Source of the DNA: Candidatus Poribacteria bacterium
GTDB lineage: Bacteria; Poribacteria; WGA-4E; PCPOR2b
Assembly (NCBI GenBank): GCA_965116925.1
Contig: OZ220744.1
Coordinates: 1,664,001 to 1,728,000 of the forward strand
Reading direction: 5' to 3'
Length of the DNA: 64,000 nt
Made by a program: the position numbers and the translations under genes. Shown here one piece after another: positions 1-9,920 of this stretch. The notes beneath the pieces are model-generated. The model had not been told where the DNA came from, made no database searches, and saw only the letters and a program-made list of their open reading frames with translations. The stretch's first letter is position 1; each line of letters starts with the position of its first letter.

Positions 1-1
1 C

Positions 2-418
2 TTGGAAGTATTGCCTCACCGCTATCCGATGTGTATGTTGGATCGAATTATCGAAGTTGAGCAAGGCAAACGGGCGGTCGGCATCAAGAATCTTAGTTTT
101 AATGAGCCTTTTTTTCAAGGGCATTTTCCGGAACAACCCGTCATGCCCGGCGTCCTACAGATGGAGGCATTGGCACAACTTGGAGCATGGTTGTTGTTAA
201 AAGAGCTAGGGGCTGAAGGGCAAGTCGGGTATTTTGTGTCAATTAAGGAAGCGAAGTTTAGACGCCCGGTTGTACCGGGCGATCAGCTTCGGCTAGAAAT
301 CGAAATCCTTCGCAGGCGCCGGACATGGGCGCGGCTTGGCGGCAAAGCGTATGTCGGCGATCAACTTGCAGCGGAAGGAGAATTGTCAATCGCTCTAGGA
401 CAGGAATCAGCGGGATAA
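2..418 (+). CDS. fabZ: 3-hydroxyacyl-ACP dehydratase FabZ (5' end probably outside window)
   Basis: LPHRYP, FFQGHFP..PVMPGVLQMEALAQ and FRRPVVPGD motifs; directly upstream of lpxA. Confidence 0.95.
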   Translation: MEVLPHRYPMCMLDRIIEVEQGKRAVGIKNLSFNEPFFQGHFPEQPVMPGVLQMEALAQLGAWLLLKELGAEGQVGYFVSIKEAKFRRPVVPGDQLRLEIEILRRRRTWARLGGKAYVGDQLAAEGELSIALGQESAG

Positions 419-516
419 GCAAACAACTGATTGGTGTATTCAGTCGAATTGAATCTATCGCGTTCCGGTATTTCTCTGTGATTTATGGAACCGCATACTA
501 AAAAAGGAGAGCAGCG

Positions 517-1308
517 GTGACAAAGATTCATGAAACTGCCATCATCCATCCGAAAGCCGAACTAGACCAAAACGTTGAAGTCGGCCCCTTCTCGATTATC
601 AGTGAGGATGTGCAGATCGGTCAGGGGACCGTAGTCGGACCACATGTCCAAATCGACCGGTGGACGACCATCGGTGAAGATTGTCAAATTTTCTTCGGCT
701 CTACAATCGGGAACCCTTCAAAAGACCTCAAGTATGGCGGTTGGCGAAGTTATACCCGAATTGGCAATCGAAATATCCTACGCGAATACGTTTCGATTTC
801 TAGAGCCACGATGGAGGACAGCACAACAATCATCGGCGATAACAACCTGCTCATGAACTGGGTTAATATCGCCCACGATACAGTTGTCGGAAGTCGAATC
901 ATTATGGCGAACTTCGCGACAATTGCAGGACATGTCCTCATTGAGGACGATGCACGGATTGGTGCTCATGCTGCAATTCACCAGTTCGTTCGCATTGGCA
1001 AAATGGCAATGGTTGGTGCATGCTCGAAATTTGTGCAGGACGTACCGCCATTTACTATAGCTGATGGACATCCCGCCCGGGTGCGCAGCTTAAATATTGT
1101 TGGGCTTGGCACTTCACAAGTTCACCCAATGGCATCACTCTCCCCTGAAACCATCAGACATCTCAAAAGTGCCTATCGCGTGCTATTCCGCAGCAAAGTC
1201 AATCTCACAGAAGCAATCGCACGTGTAAGGAGCGAAGGTGAACCGGACGTAGAAGTCGAATATCTTCTGAATTTTATTGAGAATTCCAATCGTGGAATCG
1301 GCGTTTAA
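517..1308 (+). CDS. lpxA: Acyl-ACP--UDP-GlcNAc O-acyltransferase LpxA
   Basis: IHETAIIHP start, hexapeptide repeats, IAHD and HQFVRIG, QDVPPF motifs; RBS AAGGAG before GTG. Confidence 0.95.
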   Translation: MTKIHETAIIHPKAELDQNVEVGPFSIISEDVQIGQGTVVGPHVQIDRWTTIGEDCQIFFGSTIGNPSKDLKYGGWRSYTRIGNRNILREYVSISRATMEDSTTIIGDNNLLMNWVNIAHDTVVGSRIIMANFATIAGHVLIEDDARIGAHAAIHQFVRIGKMAMVGACSKFVQDVPPFTIADGHPARVRSLNIVGLGTSQVHPMASLSPETIRHLKSAYRVLFRSKVNLTEAIARVRSEGEPDVEVEYLLNFIENSNRGIGV

Positions 1309-1334
1309 CAGAAAATAGATGCAAGAGGACAGCA

Positions 1335-2138
1335 TTGGAAAAACTGGGGCTTATCGCTGGGGCTGGCGATTTACCGCTACTGCTCGCACAATCAGCATTA
1401 GAACAAGACCGGATGCCGATTGTTATTCAGATAACTCAACCTGCCTCCGAACAACTTGAAAGCATTGCCTCAGAGACGTATTCGTTCGGCATTGGTCAGG
1501 TTCAGAAGATCACAAAAACGCTGCTCGATTCAAGTGTCCGAGAACTGGCAATTATCGGAAAAATTGATACAAGCATCCTGTTTCGTCCCTTTCTAGTAGA
1601 CCCTACAGCTGTCAAGATTCTAGCGCGAAATCGCAACAAAGGCACTCACGCTATCGTTGCTGCAGTGATTGAACACTTTGAATCGAAAGGAATTAGTGTA
1701 GTTGAGCAGCATCGATTTTTACGGGGGTTGATGCCAGCGGCAGGTGTATTGACAAAAAGGCAACCAACTCAATCCCAGTGGCTGGATGTAAAGTACGGGA
1801 TGCAACTTGCGCGTCAGACAGCAGATTTGGGAATTGGGCAGACTGTCGTCGTTAAGAATATGATGGCAGTCGCGATTGAAGCCATTGAGGGAACGGATGA
1901 AGCGATAAAACGGGGCGGTACACTCGGTGGTAAAGGAGTTGTCGTTGCAAAAGCTGCGGCGACAGACCACGATTTTCGCGTCGATGTGCCAACGGTCGGA
2001 GATCAAACATTAGAAACCCTGCAAGCAGTTGGCGGAGGTGTACTCGCTGTTGAAGCAGGACGGACGTTTGTTATGAATCAACCCGTTCTTTGCGAACAGG
2101 CGGATCAGTGGAAAATTCCCATTGTCGCTTTGGCTTAA
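1335..2138 (+). CDS. lpxI: UDP-2,3-diacylglucosamine hydrolase LpxI (DUF1009)
   Basis: LGLIAGAGDLP, IGQTVVV, AIEAIEGTD, DFRVDVPTVG motifs; follows lpxA. Confidence 0.9.
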   Translation: MEKLGLIAGAGDLPLLLAQSALEQDRMPIVIQITQPASEQLESIASETYSFGIGQVQKITKTLLDSSVRELAIIGKIDTSILFRPFLVDPTAVKILARNRNKGTHAIVAAVIEHFESKGISVVEQHRFLRGLMPAAGVLTKRQPTQSQWLDVKYGMQLARQTADLGIGQTVVVKNMMAVAIEAIEGTDEAIKRGGTLGGKGVVVAKAAATDHDFRVDVPTVGDQTLETLQAVGGGVLAVEAGRTFVMNQPVLCEQADQWKIPIVALA

Positions 2139-2188
2139 TCTGTTAAAAAGCGTGTCAGTTTCACCTAGCGAGGTGAGATGTAAGATTC

Positions 2189-2225
2189 ACCCGTGGCGGC
2201 CATGTCGTTAGCCACGGGTTTTTTT
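2189..2225 (+). terminator. Probable intrinsic terminator after lpxI
   Basis: Stem ACCCGTGGC/GCCACGGGT followed by a T run, between convergent genes. Confidence 0.65.
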
Positions 2226-2237
2226 GTGCCATATTTA

Positions 2238-3368
2238 TCACAATTCCATAACATTGGTGTTAGTCAGGTAAGGGGAATCAAAGTGAGTGAGCTCACCAGC
2301 GTTCAAGCCGGGCACAGGAAACAGGCGGGCAGAGAGGGGTTTTTCCCATCGAATCGAAAGAGAAGTCACATCGGTAAGGATGCCGCATATTTGACTAATG
2401 AAAGCATCGCCGGGAATCGGAATTGTGTCGAGTCCGGTGCCACAGACAGCTGAGTAGAGCAGTAAACTATCTAGATTAAAACACCCTTCGCGGCTACGAT
2501 TTCCTAGTGCTTCATCCTCAAGGACTGGGAGCATCAAACCTGAATATCCGCATCGTGGCAAATTCAGCGAATCGAGGGTCGCCGTTATTGCAGCTGCAAC
2601 AGTTAGCGTGCCCCTTTCCCCAAATCTTCCGGGAAGTAGAGTCTCAATTGCGCCGGCGATGCTTTCAGTTCCCATTGGAGCCGGCGAGACATCCACTCCT
2701 ACGAACCGAATCCCAACTTCTTTCGCGACCTCTTCAGCAAGAGCTACAATCTGCTTTCCTTCGTGTTCCATCAGGTCTTTCAACCGCATTGATGCAATCT
2801 CTATATTTGGTGCATCAACAAATGCTTCATGAACAAGATCGGCTGCCTGCCAACCGATTCCGAGGTTGAAACCTTCGTCTTGCCAATACGCAGCGGGAAA
2901 AAAGGGCGTGTTAGGCGGACAATTCATTGTCGCCGCAAAACGTAGATTCCCAAGCCCGTCAGCCGTTTTGTGGGCAATCTGTTGCATGGCTGAGGCTGTC
3001 TTTTCGGCTGCTTCCCACGCAATCTGTTGGCCAAAGGTTGTCAATGTGGCCGATGTAAAGAGGGTATGACTTTGAGAAATGATATCTGGAACAAGAGCAA
3101 GATGGGTAGGCGTCTGCGGGAGGTTAGGAAAAATTGTGCCTAAACTAAAAAAATCGCTTCCTAACTCAACAACACGCCGGTCCAATTCAAGGACCTGATC
3201 TAGGTTGGATATTGCACCCCACGCCTGACTGCTCACCCGCGTGGTTTGGACCTCATATCCATTCGCTTCAAAGTCACTCTGACAACGAAGACTGAAATCC
3301 ACTGCGAATTCCAACTGTTCACGAGAAAAAGCGTCAGGTATTCCTACGGTTACGGTTCGGATTTTCAT
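2238..3368 (-). CDS. DUF711 family protein
   Basis: MKIRTVTVG start, PFFPAAY, GVDVSPAP, GYSGLMLPVLED, SAVCGTGLDTIPIPGD, KPLSARLFPVPG motifs. Confidence 0.85.
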   Translation of the reverse strand: MKIRTVTVGIPDAFSREQLEFAVDFSLRCQSDFEANGYEVQTTRVSSQAWGAISNLDQVLELDRRVVELGSDFFSLGTIFPNLPQTPTHLALVPDIISQSHTLFTSATLTTFGQQIAWEAAEKTASAMQQIAHKTADGLGNLRFAATMNCPPNTPFFPAAYWQDEGFNLGIGWQAADLVHEAFVDAPNIEIASMRLKDLMEHEGKQIVALAEEVAKEVGIRFVGVDVSPAPMGTESIAGAIETLLPGRFGERGTLTVAAAITATLDSLNLPRCGYSGLMLPVLEDEALGNRSREGCFNLDSLLLYSAVCGTGLDTIPIPGDAFISQICGILTDVTSLSIRWEKPLSARLFPVPGLNAGELTHFDSPYLTNTNVMEL

Positions 3369-4327
3369 AACTCACCGTAAACTCCAATTTTCCGGTAACG
3401 TTCACGTCGTTGTTCAACCAGGAATGTCGAGTCAATTTCTATCAACTGTTTGAGATGTTTCCGAATTGCGGTTTTAACGCGTCTCGCCGCTAGTTCAATA
3501 TCCCGGTGGGCGCCACCAAGCGGCTCGCGGATAACCTCGTCAATGACACCAAATTTCAACAGATCTTCGGCTGTTGGTTTGTAACCTTCTGTTGCTTCTG
3601 GGGCGCGCTCCCCCTCATCTTTCCACACAATACTACTACATACCTCAGGTGCGGCGACACAATAAATAGCGTATTCCATCATCAGGACACGATCCCCAAT
3701 AGCGATGGCTAACGCGCCGCCGCTTCCACCTTCACCAATTACCACAACGATAATCGGGACGCGCAATGTGCACATCTGAGCGAGATTCTCAGCAATCGCT
3801 ATCGACTGTCCGCGTTCCTCCGATTCCGCATCGTAATGTGCCCCACGCGTGTCGACAAAACAGATTAGGGGGCGATTGAATTTTTCTGCGAGAAGCATCA
3901 AACGTCGTGCCTTGCGATATCCCTCCGGACGGGTATACCCAAAGTTCATCTCTTGGCGTTCCTTGATGTTCGTCCCTTTCTGCTGGGCGAGGTAAACAAT
4001 GGGTTGACCGTCGAACCAAGCGAATCCACCAATCAAAGCCCTGTCATCAGCATACAGCCGGTCACCACGTAACTCAATCGGGTCTTCAAGCATTGCCTCA
4101 ATATAGACGGGGGCTTGGGGACGTTCTGCATGTCTTGACAACCACACTTTATCCCACCGTGACACCTTCTGAAAGGCTTGTCTTGTGAGATCTTTTGTGT
4201 TCTCGTCAAGTGCTGCAATCGCCTTTGTGAGATCCAATTCAGGATGTATTTTAGCAAATGCCTTCAACTGAGCGGCATATTGATTCAATTCAAGCAACGG
4301 TTGTTCAAAATCTAAAAGACTTCGCAT
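3365..4327 (-). CDS. accA: Acetyl-CoA carboxylase carboxyltransferase alpha subunit
   Basis: LDFEQPL, PEGYRKARRLM, EERGQS.AIA.NL, IGEGGSGGALA, EPLGGAHRD motifs. Confidence 0.96.
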   Translation of the reverse strand: MRSLLDFEQPLLELNQYAAQLKAFAKIHPELDLTKAIAALDENTKDLTRQAFQKVSRWDKVWLSRHAERPQAPVYIEAMLEDPIELRGDRLYADDRALIGGFAWFDGQPIVYLAQQKGTNIKERQEMNFGYTRPEGYRKARRLMLLAEKFNRPLICFVDTRGAHYDAESEERGQSIAIAENLAQMCTLRVPIIVVVIGEGGSGGALAIAIGDRVLMMEYAIYCVAAPEVCSSIVWKDEGERAPEATEGYKPTAEDLLKFGVIDEVIREPLGGAHRDIELAARRVKTAIRKHLKQLIEIDSTFLVEQRRERYRKIGVYGEL

Positions 4328-4436
4328 AATTCAGATTCTCTATTGATAACGGATAACGAGTTATACGTAAGATTATTCCGCATTACGCAGCTTTGCGCTG
4401 AGGTCTCTGCGCCTCTGCGGTAAGTTCTATTTCTAG

Positions 4437-5480
4437 TCAATTTTCGGTGGTTTCTCGCCGTTCAAACAGAGCTTCAACAAAATCACGCCCAACAAAATCA
4501 CGGAGATCATCCAACCTTTCACCAATCCCAATTAATCTTACCGGCGCACCAATCTCCTGTTTTACAGCAATAACAATTCCACCCTTTGCTGTGCCGTCTA
4601 GCTTGGTCACAGCAACACCGGTGATCGGCACTGCTTCATTGAAAACCTTTGCCTGCATAATTGCATTCTGTCCTGCTGTTCCATCAAGGACAAGCAGCAC
4701 TTCATGCGGTGCCGCTGGGATTGCACGCCCCATCACCCGTCCAATCTTCGATAGCTCATCCATCAACGGTTTTTTTGTGTGAAGCCTACCAGCAGTATCA
4801 ACGATAAGTAGATCCGCCTGACGAGATTTTGCTGCCTCAATGGCATCAAAGACAACCGATGCCGGATCTGCTCCTTCACCACCTTGGATGAGTTCTACAC
4901 CGGCGCGATCACACCAGATTGCCAACTGATCTGCCGCCGCTGCCCGGAAGGTGTCCCCTGCAGCAACAACCACCCGATTGCCCTCGGATCTGAAACGGTG
5001 TGCTAACTTACCGATGGTCGTCGTTTTTCCCGCACCATTGATTCCGAGCACCAAGATCGTATACGGATGCCCTCCATCAACGCTGATGGGAGCATCTTCC
5101 CCAAGCACATTCAACATCTCCCGCTTGAGAATCTCTGCCAAATCAGACGCATCGTTGAGGCCTTTCTCCCTGACGACCTCGCGGACATTATCCATTAGTT
5201 CGAGCGTAGTGTTGACACCAACATCCGCTTGGATCAAAATTTCCTCAATCTCCTCCATCAATTCTTCATCAATTGTCCTACCAACGCGTAGCAATCCGGA
5301 GATTTGCCCAAGGATGTTATTTCGGGTTTTGGATAATCCCTCTCTGAGGCGACTAAACCAGCTACCTTCTTTCTCAGGTGTTGCTTCAGATGCCAGCGAT
5401 TCAGTTGCAGGTTCCTCAACCTTAATCTGTTGTTCTTCCGATAAATCATCTGTTTTCCGATTGAATAAATTTCTAAGCAT
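4437..5480 (-). CDS. ftsY: SRP receptor FtsY
   Basis: GINGAGKTTTIGKLA, DTFRAAA, DTAGRLH, TKLDGTAKGG motifs. Confidence 0.97.
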   Translation of the reverse strand: MLRNLFNRKTDDLSEEQQIKVEEPATESLASEATPEKEGSWFSRLREGLSKTRNNILGQISGLLRVGRTIDEELMEEIEEILIQADVGVNTTLELMDNVREVVREKGLNDASDLAEILKREMLNVLGEDAPISVDGGHPYTILVLGINGAGKTTTIGKLAHRFRSEGNRVVVAAGDTFRAAAADQLAIWCDRAGVELIQGGEGADPASVVFDAIEAAKSRQADLLIVDTAGRLHTKKPLMDELSKIGRVMGRAIPAAPHEVLLVLDGTAGQNAIMQAKVFNEAVPITGVAVTKLDGTAKGGIVIAVKQEIGAPVRLIGIGERLDDLRDFVGRDFVEALFERRETTEN

Positions 5481-5586
5481 TTATCTTTCCATTATCACCA
5501 AATTCCTTAACTATTATAAAAGGGACACCTACATCTTTTTCCTCTAACATATTATACATCAACAAAGCCAAGAACAAAACAAAAAT

Positions 5587-5615
5587 TTGACATCCCTCCG
5601 AGCGCGTCATATAAT
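5587..5615 (+). promoter_or_regulatory. Sigma70-type promoter for the rhamnulokinase gene
   Basis: TTGACA-17 bp-TATAAT exact consensus about 45 bp upstream of ATG 5659. Confidence 0.7.
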
Positions 5616-5658
5616 ACCAACTTTGAACTGAACCCAGAATTGTACAGCGAGGAATGAA

Positions 5659-7143
5659 ATGGGAGCAGCACAACAATTTTTAGCATTCGATCTCGGCGCA
5701 GAAAGTGGACGCGGTGTGTTGGGACACTTCAATGGGGAACGGCTCAATCTAGAAGAACTCCATCGCTTTCCAAATGGGGGTGTCCGCGTCTTAGATAGCC
5801 TACACTGGGATGTCTTAAGCCTCTGGAGCGATATGAAAGCGGCACTTTCAATGTGTGCACAAAAAAGCACAGACCTCACCGGAATTGGAATTGACACATG
5901 GGGTGTTGATTTCGGCTTACTCGGCAAAGGTGACGTGCTGCTCGGTTTCCCATATCACTATCGCGATTCCCGTACAGATGGTATGTTGGAAGAGGCTTTT
6001 CGTCATCTGCCCCAAGCAACACTCTTTGAGCGAAGTGGCTGTCAGTTCCTTCAGATTAACACACTCTATCAGTTGTTGTCAATGGTTGTGGACAAGTCCC
6101 CGCTACTTGAGGTTGCCGAAACATTCTTGATGGTTCCGGACCTTTTCAACTTCTGGCTGACAGGACAGAAAGTGTGTGAATTTACCGACGCAACAACGAC
6201 CCAGTTTTACGATCCACGCAGCAAGGATTGGTCTACAGAAATCTGCACCGCGCTCAATTTGCCGTCCGAAATCTTGCCAGAGATTGTACAACCGGGGACG
6301 CAGCTGGGTACGTTGCTCTCCTCTGTTGCAGCAGAAACAGGATTACCTGAAATACCTGTTATTGCCCCGGCTTGCCATGACACCGGTTCAGCCGTCGCTG
6401 CAGTGCCGGCACAAAAGGATAATTGGGCGTATATTAGCTCCGGTACATGGTCATTGATGGGGATTGAAGTTCCCGAACCGATTGTTACCGATCAAGCACT
6501 CGCTCTCAACTTTACGAATGAGGGAGGAGTAGAGAACACATTCCGTTTCCTCAAAAATATTATGGGGCTTTGGCTTGTGCAAGAGTGCCGGCGGACATGG
6601 GCACAAGCCGGCGATGAAATGTCTTATACTCAAATAACACAGCTTGCCGAGGGGGCGAAGCCTTTCACCACGTTGATCGATCCTGACGACGAAGCCTTTC
6701 TGCCGCCCGGTGACATGCCCACCCGCATCGCTGACTACTGCAAACACACCGGGCAAACCCCTCCGTCCACCACAGGAGAGATTCTCCGGTGTGCCTTAGA
6801 AAGCCTTGCACTCAAATATCGCTGGGTTCTGGAGAAACTAGAAGTTGTCCACGGCGGGGCAATTGAGGTCATCCATATTGTCGGCGGGGGAGCACAGAAT
6901 CGACTTCTTTGCCAGTTTACCGCAGATGCAACCGGGACACCGGTTATCGCAGGTCCCATTGAGGCAACAGCGATTGGAAATATCGCAGTTCAGGCGATTG
7001 CGTGTGGCTTAATCGGATCCATTTCTGAGGCACGGGAGGTTGTCCACCGGTCTTTCAACGTTAGCACTTACGAGCCGCAGCACTCAACAGGGTGGGAGGA
7101 AGCCTACGAACGGTTCCTCAAGATTACAGGGCTGCCATCTTAG
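5659..7143 (+). CDS. rhaB: Rhamnulokinase / FGGY family carbohydrate kinase
   Basis: LAFDLGAESGR, GIDTWGVDFG, YRDSRT, HDTGSAV, SSGTWSLMG, TNEGG..RFLKNIMGLW motifs. Confidence 0.88.
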   Translation: MGAAQQFLAFDLGAESGRGVLGHFNGERLNLEELHRFPNGGVRVLDSLHWDVLSLWSDMKAALSMCAQKSTDLTGIGIDTWGVDFGLLGKGDVLLGFPYHYRDSRTDGMLEEAFRHLPQATLFERSGCQFLQINTLYQLLSMVVDKSPLLEVAETFLMVPDLFNFWLTGQKVCEFTDATTTQFYDPRSKDWSTEICTALNLPSEILPEIVQPGTQLGTLLSSVAAETGLPEIPVIAPACHDTGSAVAAVPAQKDNWAYISSGTWSLMGIEVPEPIVTDQALALNFTNEGGVENTFRFLKNIMGLWLVQECRRTWAQAGDEMSYTQITQLAEGAKPFTTLIDPDDEAFLPPGDMPTRIADYCKHTGQTPPSTTGEILRCALESLALKYRWVLEKLEVVHGGAIEVIHIVGGGAQNRLLCQFTADATGTPVIAGPIEATAIGNIAVQAIACGLIGSISEAREVVHRSFNVSTYEPQHSTGWEEAYERFLKITGLPS

Positions 7144-7185
7144 TTGTATTCTCACAATCTGATTGAGCAAAAGGAGAGATATTTC

Positions 7186-7998
7186 ATGCTGACCGAAGAA
7201 GAAAAATGGTCGTTTGACCTGCACGGCTATCTAGTACTCAAGGGTGCCGTCCCACAAACAGACATAAAACGAATGGTTGAATTGTGCGATACTTGGCATG
7301 CCCTTGATGACAGTGAACTGCCGCCACCGTTAAAGAGTTATCATGATGCGAACACCAAGCCGACTACACCGCGCTCGATTAATAACGTTCCGTATGCCGA
7401 CGAAGTTTTTCAACGGCTCGTTCTCAATCGGGAGATTATGCGTGTCGTGCTTGCACTGACAGGGAACTCCCCACAGTTGCTTTCAGTCGCGCTCGTGCGC
7501 AACACGAAAGCCTCTGACGATATTGGTTTCCATGGTGGTTTCTCTGGGGGGCTCCGCAATCCGGCGAACGATTACCAAGCTGTCAATGGCGAAATCTTCG
7601 CAACTTTCCTTAATGCCGGTGTTTCGTTGGTGGATGTGCCTGCCGGTACAGGATTTGTGTGCGTTCCCGGTAGCCATAAGTCAAATTTCTCCAAGCCCGA
7701 CCGTGTGAACATCTACGACGGTCCACCGACAGTTGCAAACATCAGCGTGAATGCTGGAGATGTGGTTCTGTTCACAGAGGCACTCTGTCACGGTGCACGA
7801 CGTTGGACACTTGACGATCCACGTCGCACCGTCTTTGTCCGTTACAGCACTTCCTATGCCTCTTGGTCGCCCGGATATGGTCCCATCGAGGAACATCGAG
7901 ACAAGCTGCCAGAGGAGGTTTATGAACTACTTCAGATGGCAGGTTTCCAACATCAAAAGCGGGTGGTGAGCCGGTTGCTTGCAGAGATGGGCGAGTAA
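7186..7998 (+). CDS. PhyH-like Fe(II)/2-oxoglutarate oxygenase with non-canonical HGG motif
   Basis: FDLHGYLVL, VPGSHK, AGDVVLFTEALCHG, R..V.VRY; first metal motif reads FHGG; start after RBS AAGGAG. Confidence 0.82.
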   Translation: MLTEEEKWSFDLHGYLVLKGAVPQTDIKRMVELCDTWHALDDSELPPPLKSYHDANTKPTTPRSINNVPYADEVFQRLVLNREIMRVVLALTGNSPQLLSVALVRNTKASDDIGFHGGFSGGLRNPANDYQAVNGEIFATFLNAGVSLVDVPAGTGFVCVPGSHKSNFSKPDRVNIYDGPPTVANISVNAGDVVLFTEALCHGARRWTLDDPRRTVFVRYSTSYASWSPGYGPIEEHRDKLPEEVYELLQMAGFQHQKRVVSRLLAEMGE

Positions 7999-8022
7999 GA
8001 ACTTGGATGATCCCATTGTCGG

Positions 8023-8721
8023 ATGTGGGTTGAAACGATGTCCTCTCAAATACTACTCCAGCAGATTAAAAGTCGATATCGTGTTGCGGAAAAGACCATC
8101 CCCCTGATCAACAACCAAATCTGCATGACGATAATTGATGATCCGGACCAGTTGCTTGATACGTTGAGCAAGGAAGATCCGTGTGGGACACTTCATCTCC
8201 CTTATTGGACTTATCTATGGCCCTCTGCAATCGGTCTGGCACGATATCTTGACCTAAATCATGGATTTGAAGGGCAGCAGATCTTAGAGATTGGTTGTGG
8301 GTTTGGACTCGCCGGAATTGTGGCGTGTCAAAAGGGCGGCATCGTTCTGTTCACAGACTATGAGCAAGACACGCTCACTTTTGCTCAATATAACGCCTTA
8401 CAAAACGGGTGTGGTGATCGAGCCTCCTTTGTTCAGATGGACTGGAACAGTTCCTGCCTGAAAGGCAAATTTTCACGCATTCTCGCCTCAGATGTAATTT
8501 ACGAAGATACACATTGGAATCCGATTCTATCACTACTTCAAAAGCATCTAGCCCCCGACGGCGAGGCTATCTTTTCTGAGCCTAACCGAATCAGTGCCCC
8601 CGGCTTCCTTGAACGGATCAGTCGTTATGGATTTACATACACGACACAGACCGATGATGTTGTGGGATTGGACGGCGTAGTTTTCAAAATCTCCATCTAT
8701 TGTTTAAAGCGGGATGAATAA
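8023..8721 (+). CDS. Class I SAM methyltransferase, family 16 (METTL21/Nnt1-like)
   Basis: PYW..LWPSA, LEIGCGFGL, TDY and ASDVIYE (DxxY) motifs. Confidence 0.82.
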   Translation: MWVETMSSQILLQQIKSRYRVAEKTIPLINNQICMTIIDDPDQLLDTLSKEDPCGTLHLPYWTYLWPSAIGLARYLDLNHGFEGQQILEIGCGFGLAGIVACQKGGIVLFTDYEQDTLTFAQYNALQNGCGDRASFVQMDWNSSCLKGKFSRILASDVIYEDTHWNPILSLLQKHLAPDGEAIFSEPNRISAPGFLERISRYGFTYTTQTDDVVGLDGVVFKISIYCLKRDE

Positions 8722-8791
8722 GGATTTTCCCTGAATACTCCAAGAAACTCCGAAGTCCCTTAATGAACCAATGAAAAGACAGAGGCTGTAC

Positions 8792-9040
8792 TCACTCAAT
8801 CACTTCGTAACGAACGTCGATGTTAACCCTGCCTTCTAGTGCGTCCGTTAGCATTGCGAGCAATTCGTCATCACAACCATTCTCCGCAAAAAAACTCAGG
8901 GATTCTGAATCGATATAATAATCTTGGTCCTCAAAACCTCCCTCCTCCAAGTTATCAATAAGAAACTGCACCTGATCTTCGGCAATTACGCCAATTTCGT
9001 TGTCGTGTTCAATGTCTATCAATCGATACATTTGGTCCAT
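8792..9040 (-). CDS. Small acidic hypothetical protein
   Basis: 82-aa ORF co-oriented with upstream operon, RBS GGAG, QFLIDNLEE...DQDYYI motif-like segment. Confidence 0.7.
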   Translation of the reverse strand: MDQMYRLIDIEHDNEIGVIAEDQVQFLIDNLEEGGFEDQDYYIDSESLSFFAENGCDDELLAMLTDALEGRVNIDVRYEVIE

Positions 9041-9056
9041 GATAATCTCCGACTGT

Positions 9057-9866
9057 CTAGGTCCAACGAGTTACCATCTTGGTGCGTGGGTCTTCTCCGT
9101 TTCCAATCTCCTCATGACGGAATAGTTGTTTGGCACGATCCGATAGTGAATCATAGATGTCCTGTCGAATCCCGATCTGCGGGTACATCGTCTTGAACCA
9201 AGAACGAGCGTACATCAATGCGATATTGGGACGCGGTTCATCAGATACATTGGGCGTCCCACGATGCCACATCCGTGCGTCTCGGATAAGCAGTGAACCT
9301 GCCGGCATGAGAATCTGCTCCGAGTGCATGATTTTCGATATACTCTCGATGTCAATTCCACTCGGCATAAGATGGGTGCCGCCGGGCCAGATCTCCATTG
9401 CACCATTTTCTTTGCGAAAGTCGACCAGCGGAATATCCAAAACAATACAGTACACCGGTGATGGAGCATCTACCTCTGGAAAAAGTTGATGAATATCAGA
9501 ATGTGTGGGTTGATAGTCCGATCCCGGAAGCGGCGTATTATTGCCTAAGTAATGGCAGATACAGTTTTCCCCGAGCAATTGGTCAATCACCGATAGCACT
9601 ATGGGATGGCTTATCACATCTGGATGGTTAAAGGGCACTCGAAACGGAAGGTGCATCTGCCACCGCTTTGCCCCACGGTTGGGTTCATTTTTGGCGATAT
9701 TTTCATTCAAGAGTTCCATATAGTGCGTGCGAAGTTCATCGACCAGATCTTGGGGCAGGACAGACTCGAAAACAGCGTAACCGTTCATCTTGATCTGCTG
9801 AATCGCAGCATCAAGTGTCTTCGGATTCAGGGTCTTCGCTTCGCGTTCTTCATTGCTTAATTTCAT
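9057..9866 (-). CDS. Phytanoyl-CoA dioxygenase (PhyH) family protein
   Basis: HSD ... WHRG facial triad, ENGAMEIWPGGTH. Confidence 0.88.
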   Translation of the reverse strand: MKLSNEEREAKTLNPKTLDAAIQQIKMNGYAVFESVLPQDLVDELRTHYMELLNENIAKNEPNRGAKRWQMHLPFRVPFNHPDVISHPIVLSVIDQLLGENCICHYLGNNTPLPGSDYQPTHSDIHQLFPEVDAPSPVYCIVLDIPLVDFRKENGAMEIWPGGTHLMPSGIDIESISKIMHSEQILMPAGSLLIRDARMWHRGTPNVSDEPRPNIALMYARSWFKTMYPQIGIRQDIYDSLSDRAKQLFRHEEIGNGEDPRTKMVTRWT

Positions 9867-9920
9867 CGAATCTCCTCTTGTAATTGCTAACAGATGGACA
9901 ACGACTTCTTCGACCGCAAA

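Noticed and set aside
4447..5547. Long antisense ORFs opposite ftsY (similarly opposite alaS, hsdM, amidase and PhyH genes)
   Set aside because: Shadow frames of well-supported genes with no family motifs.
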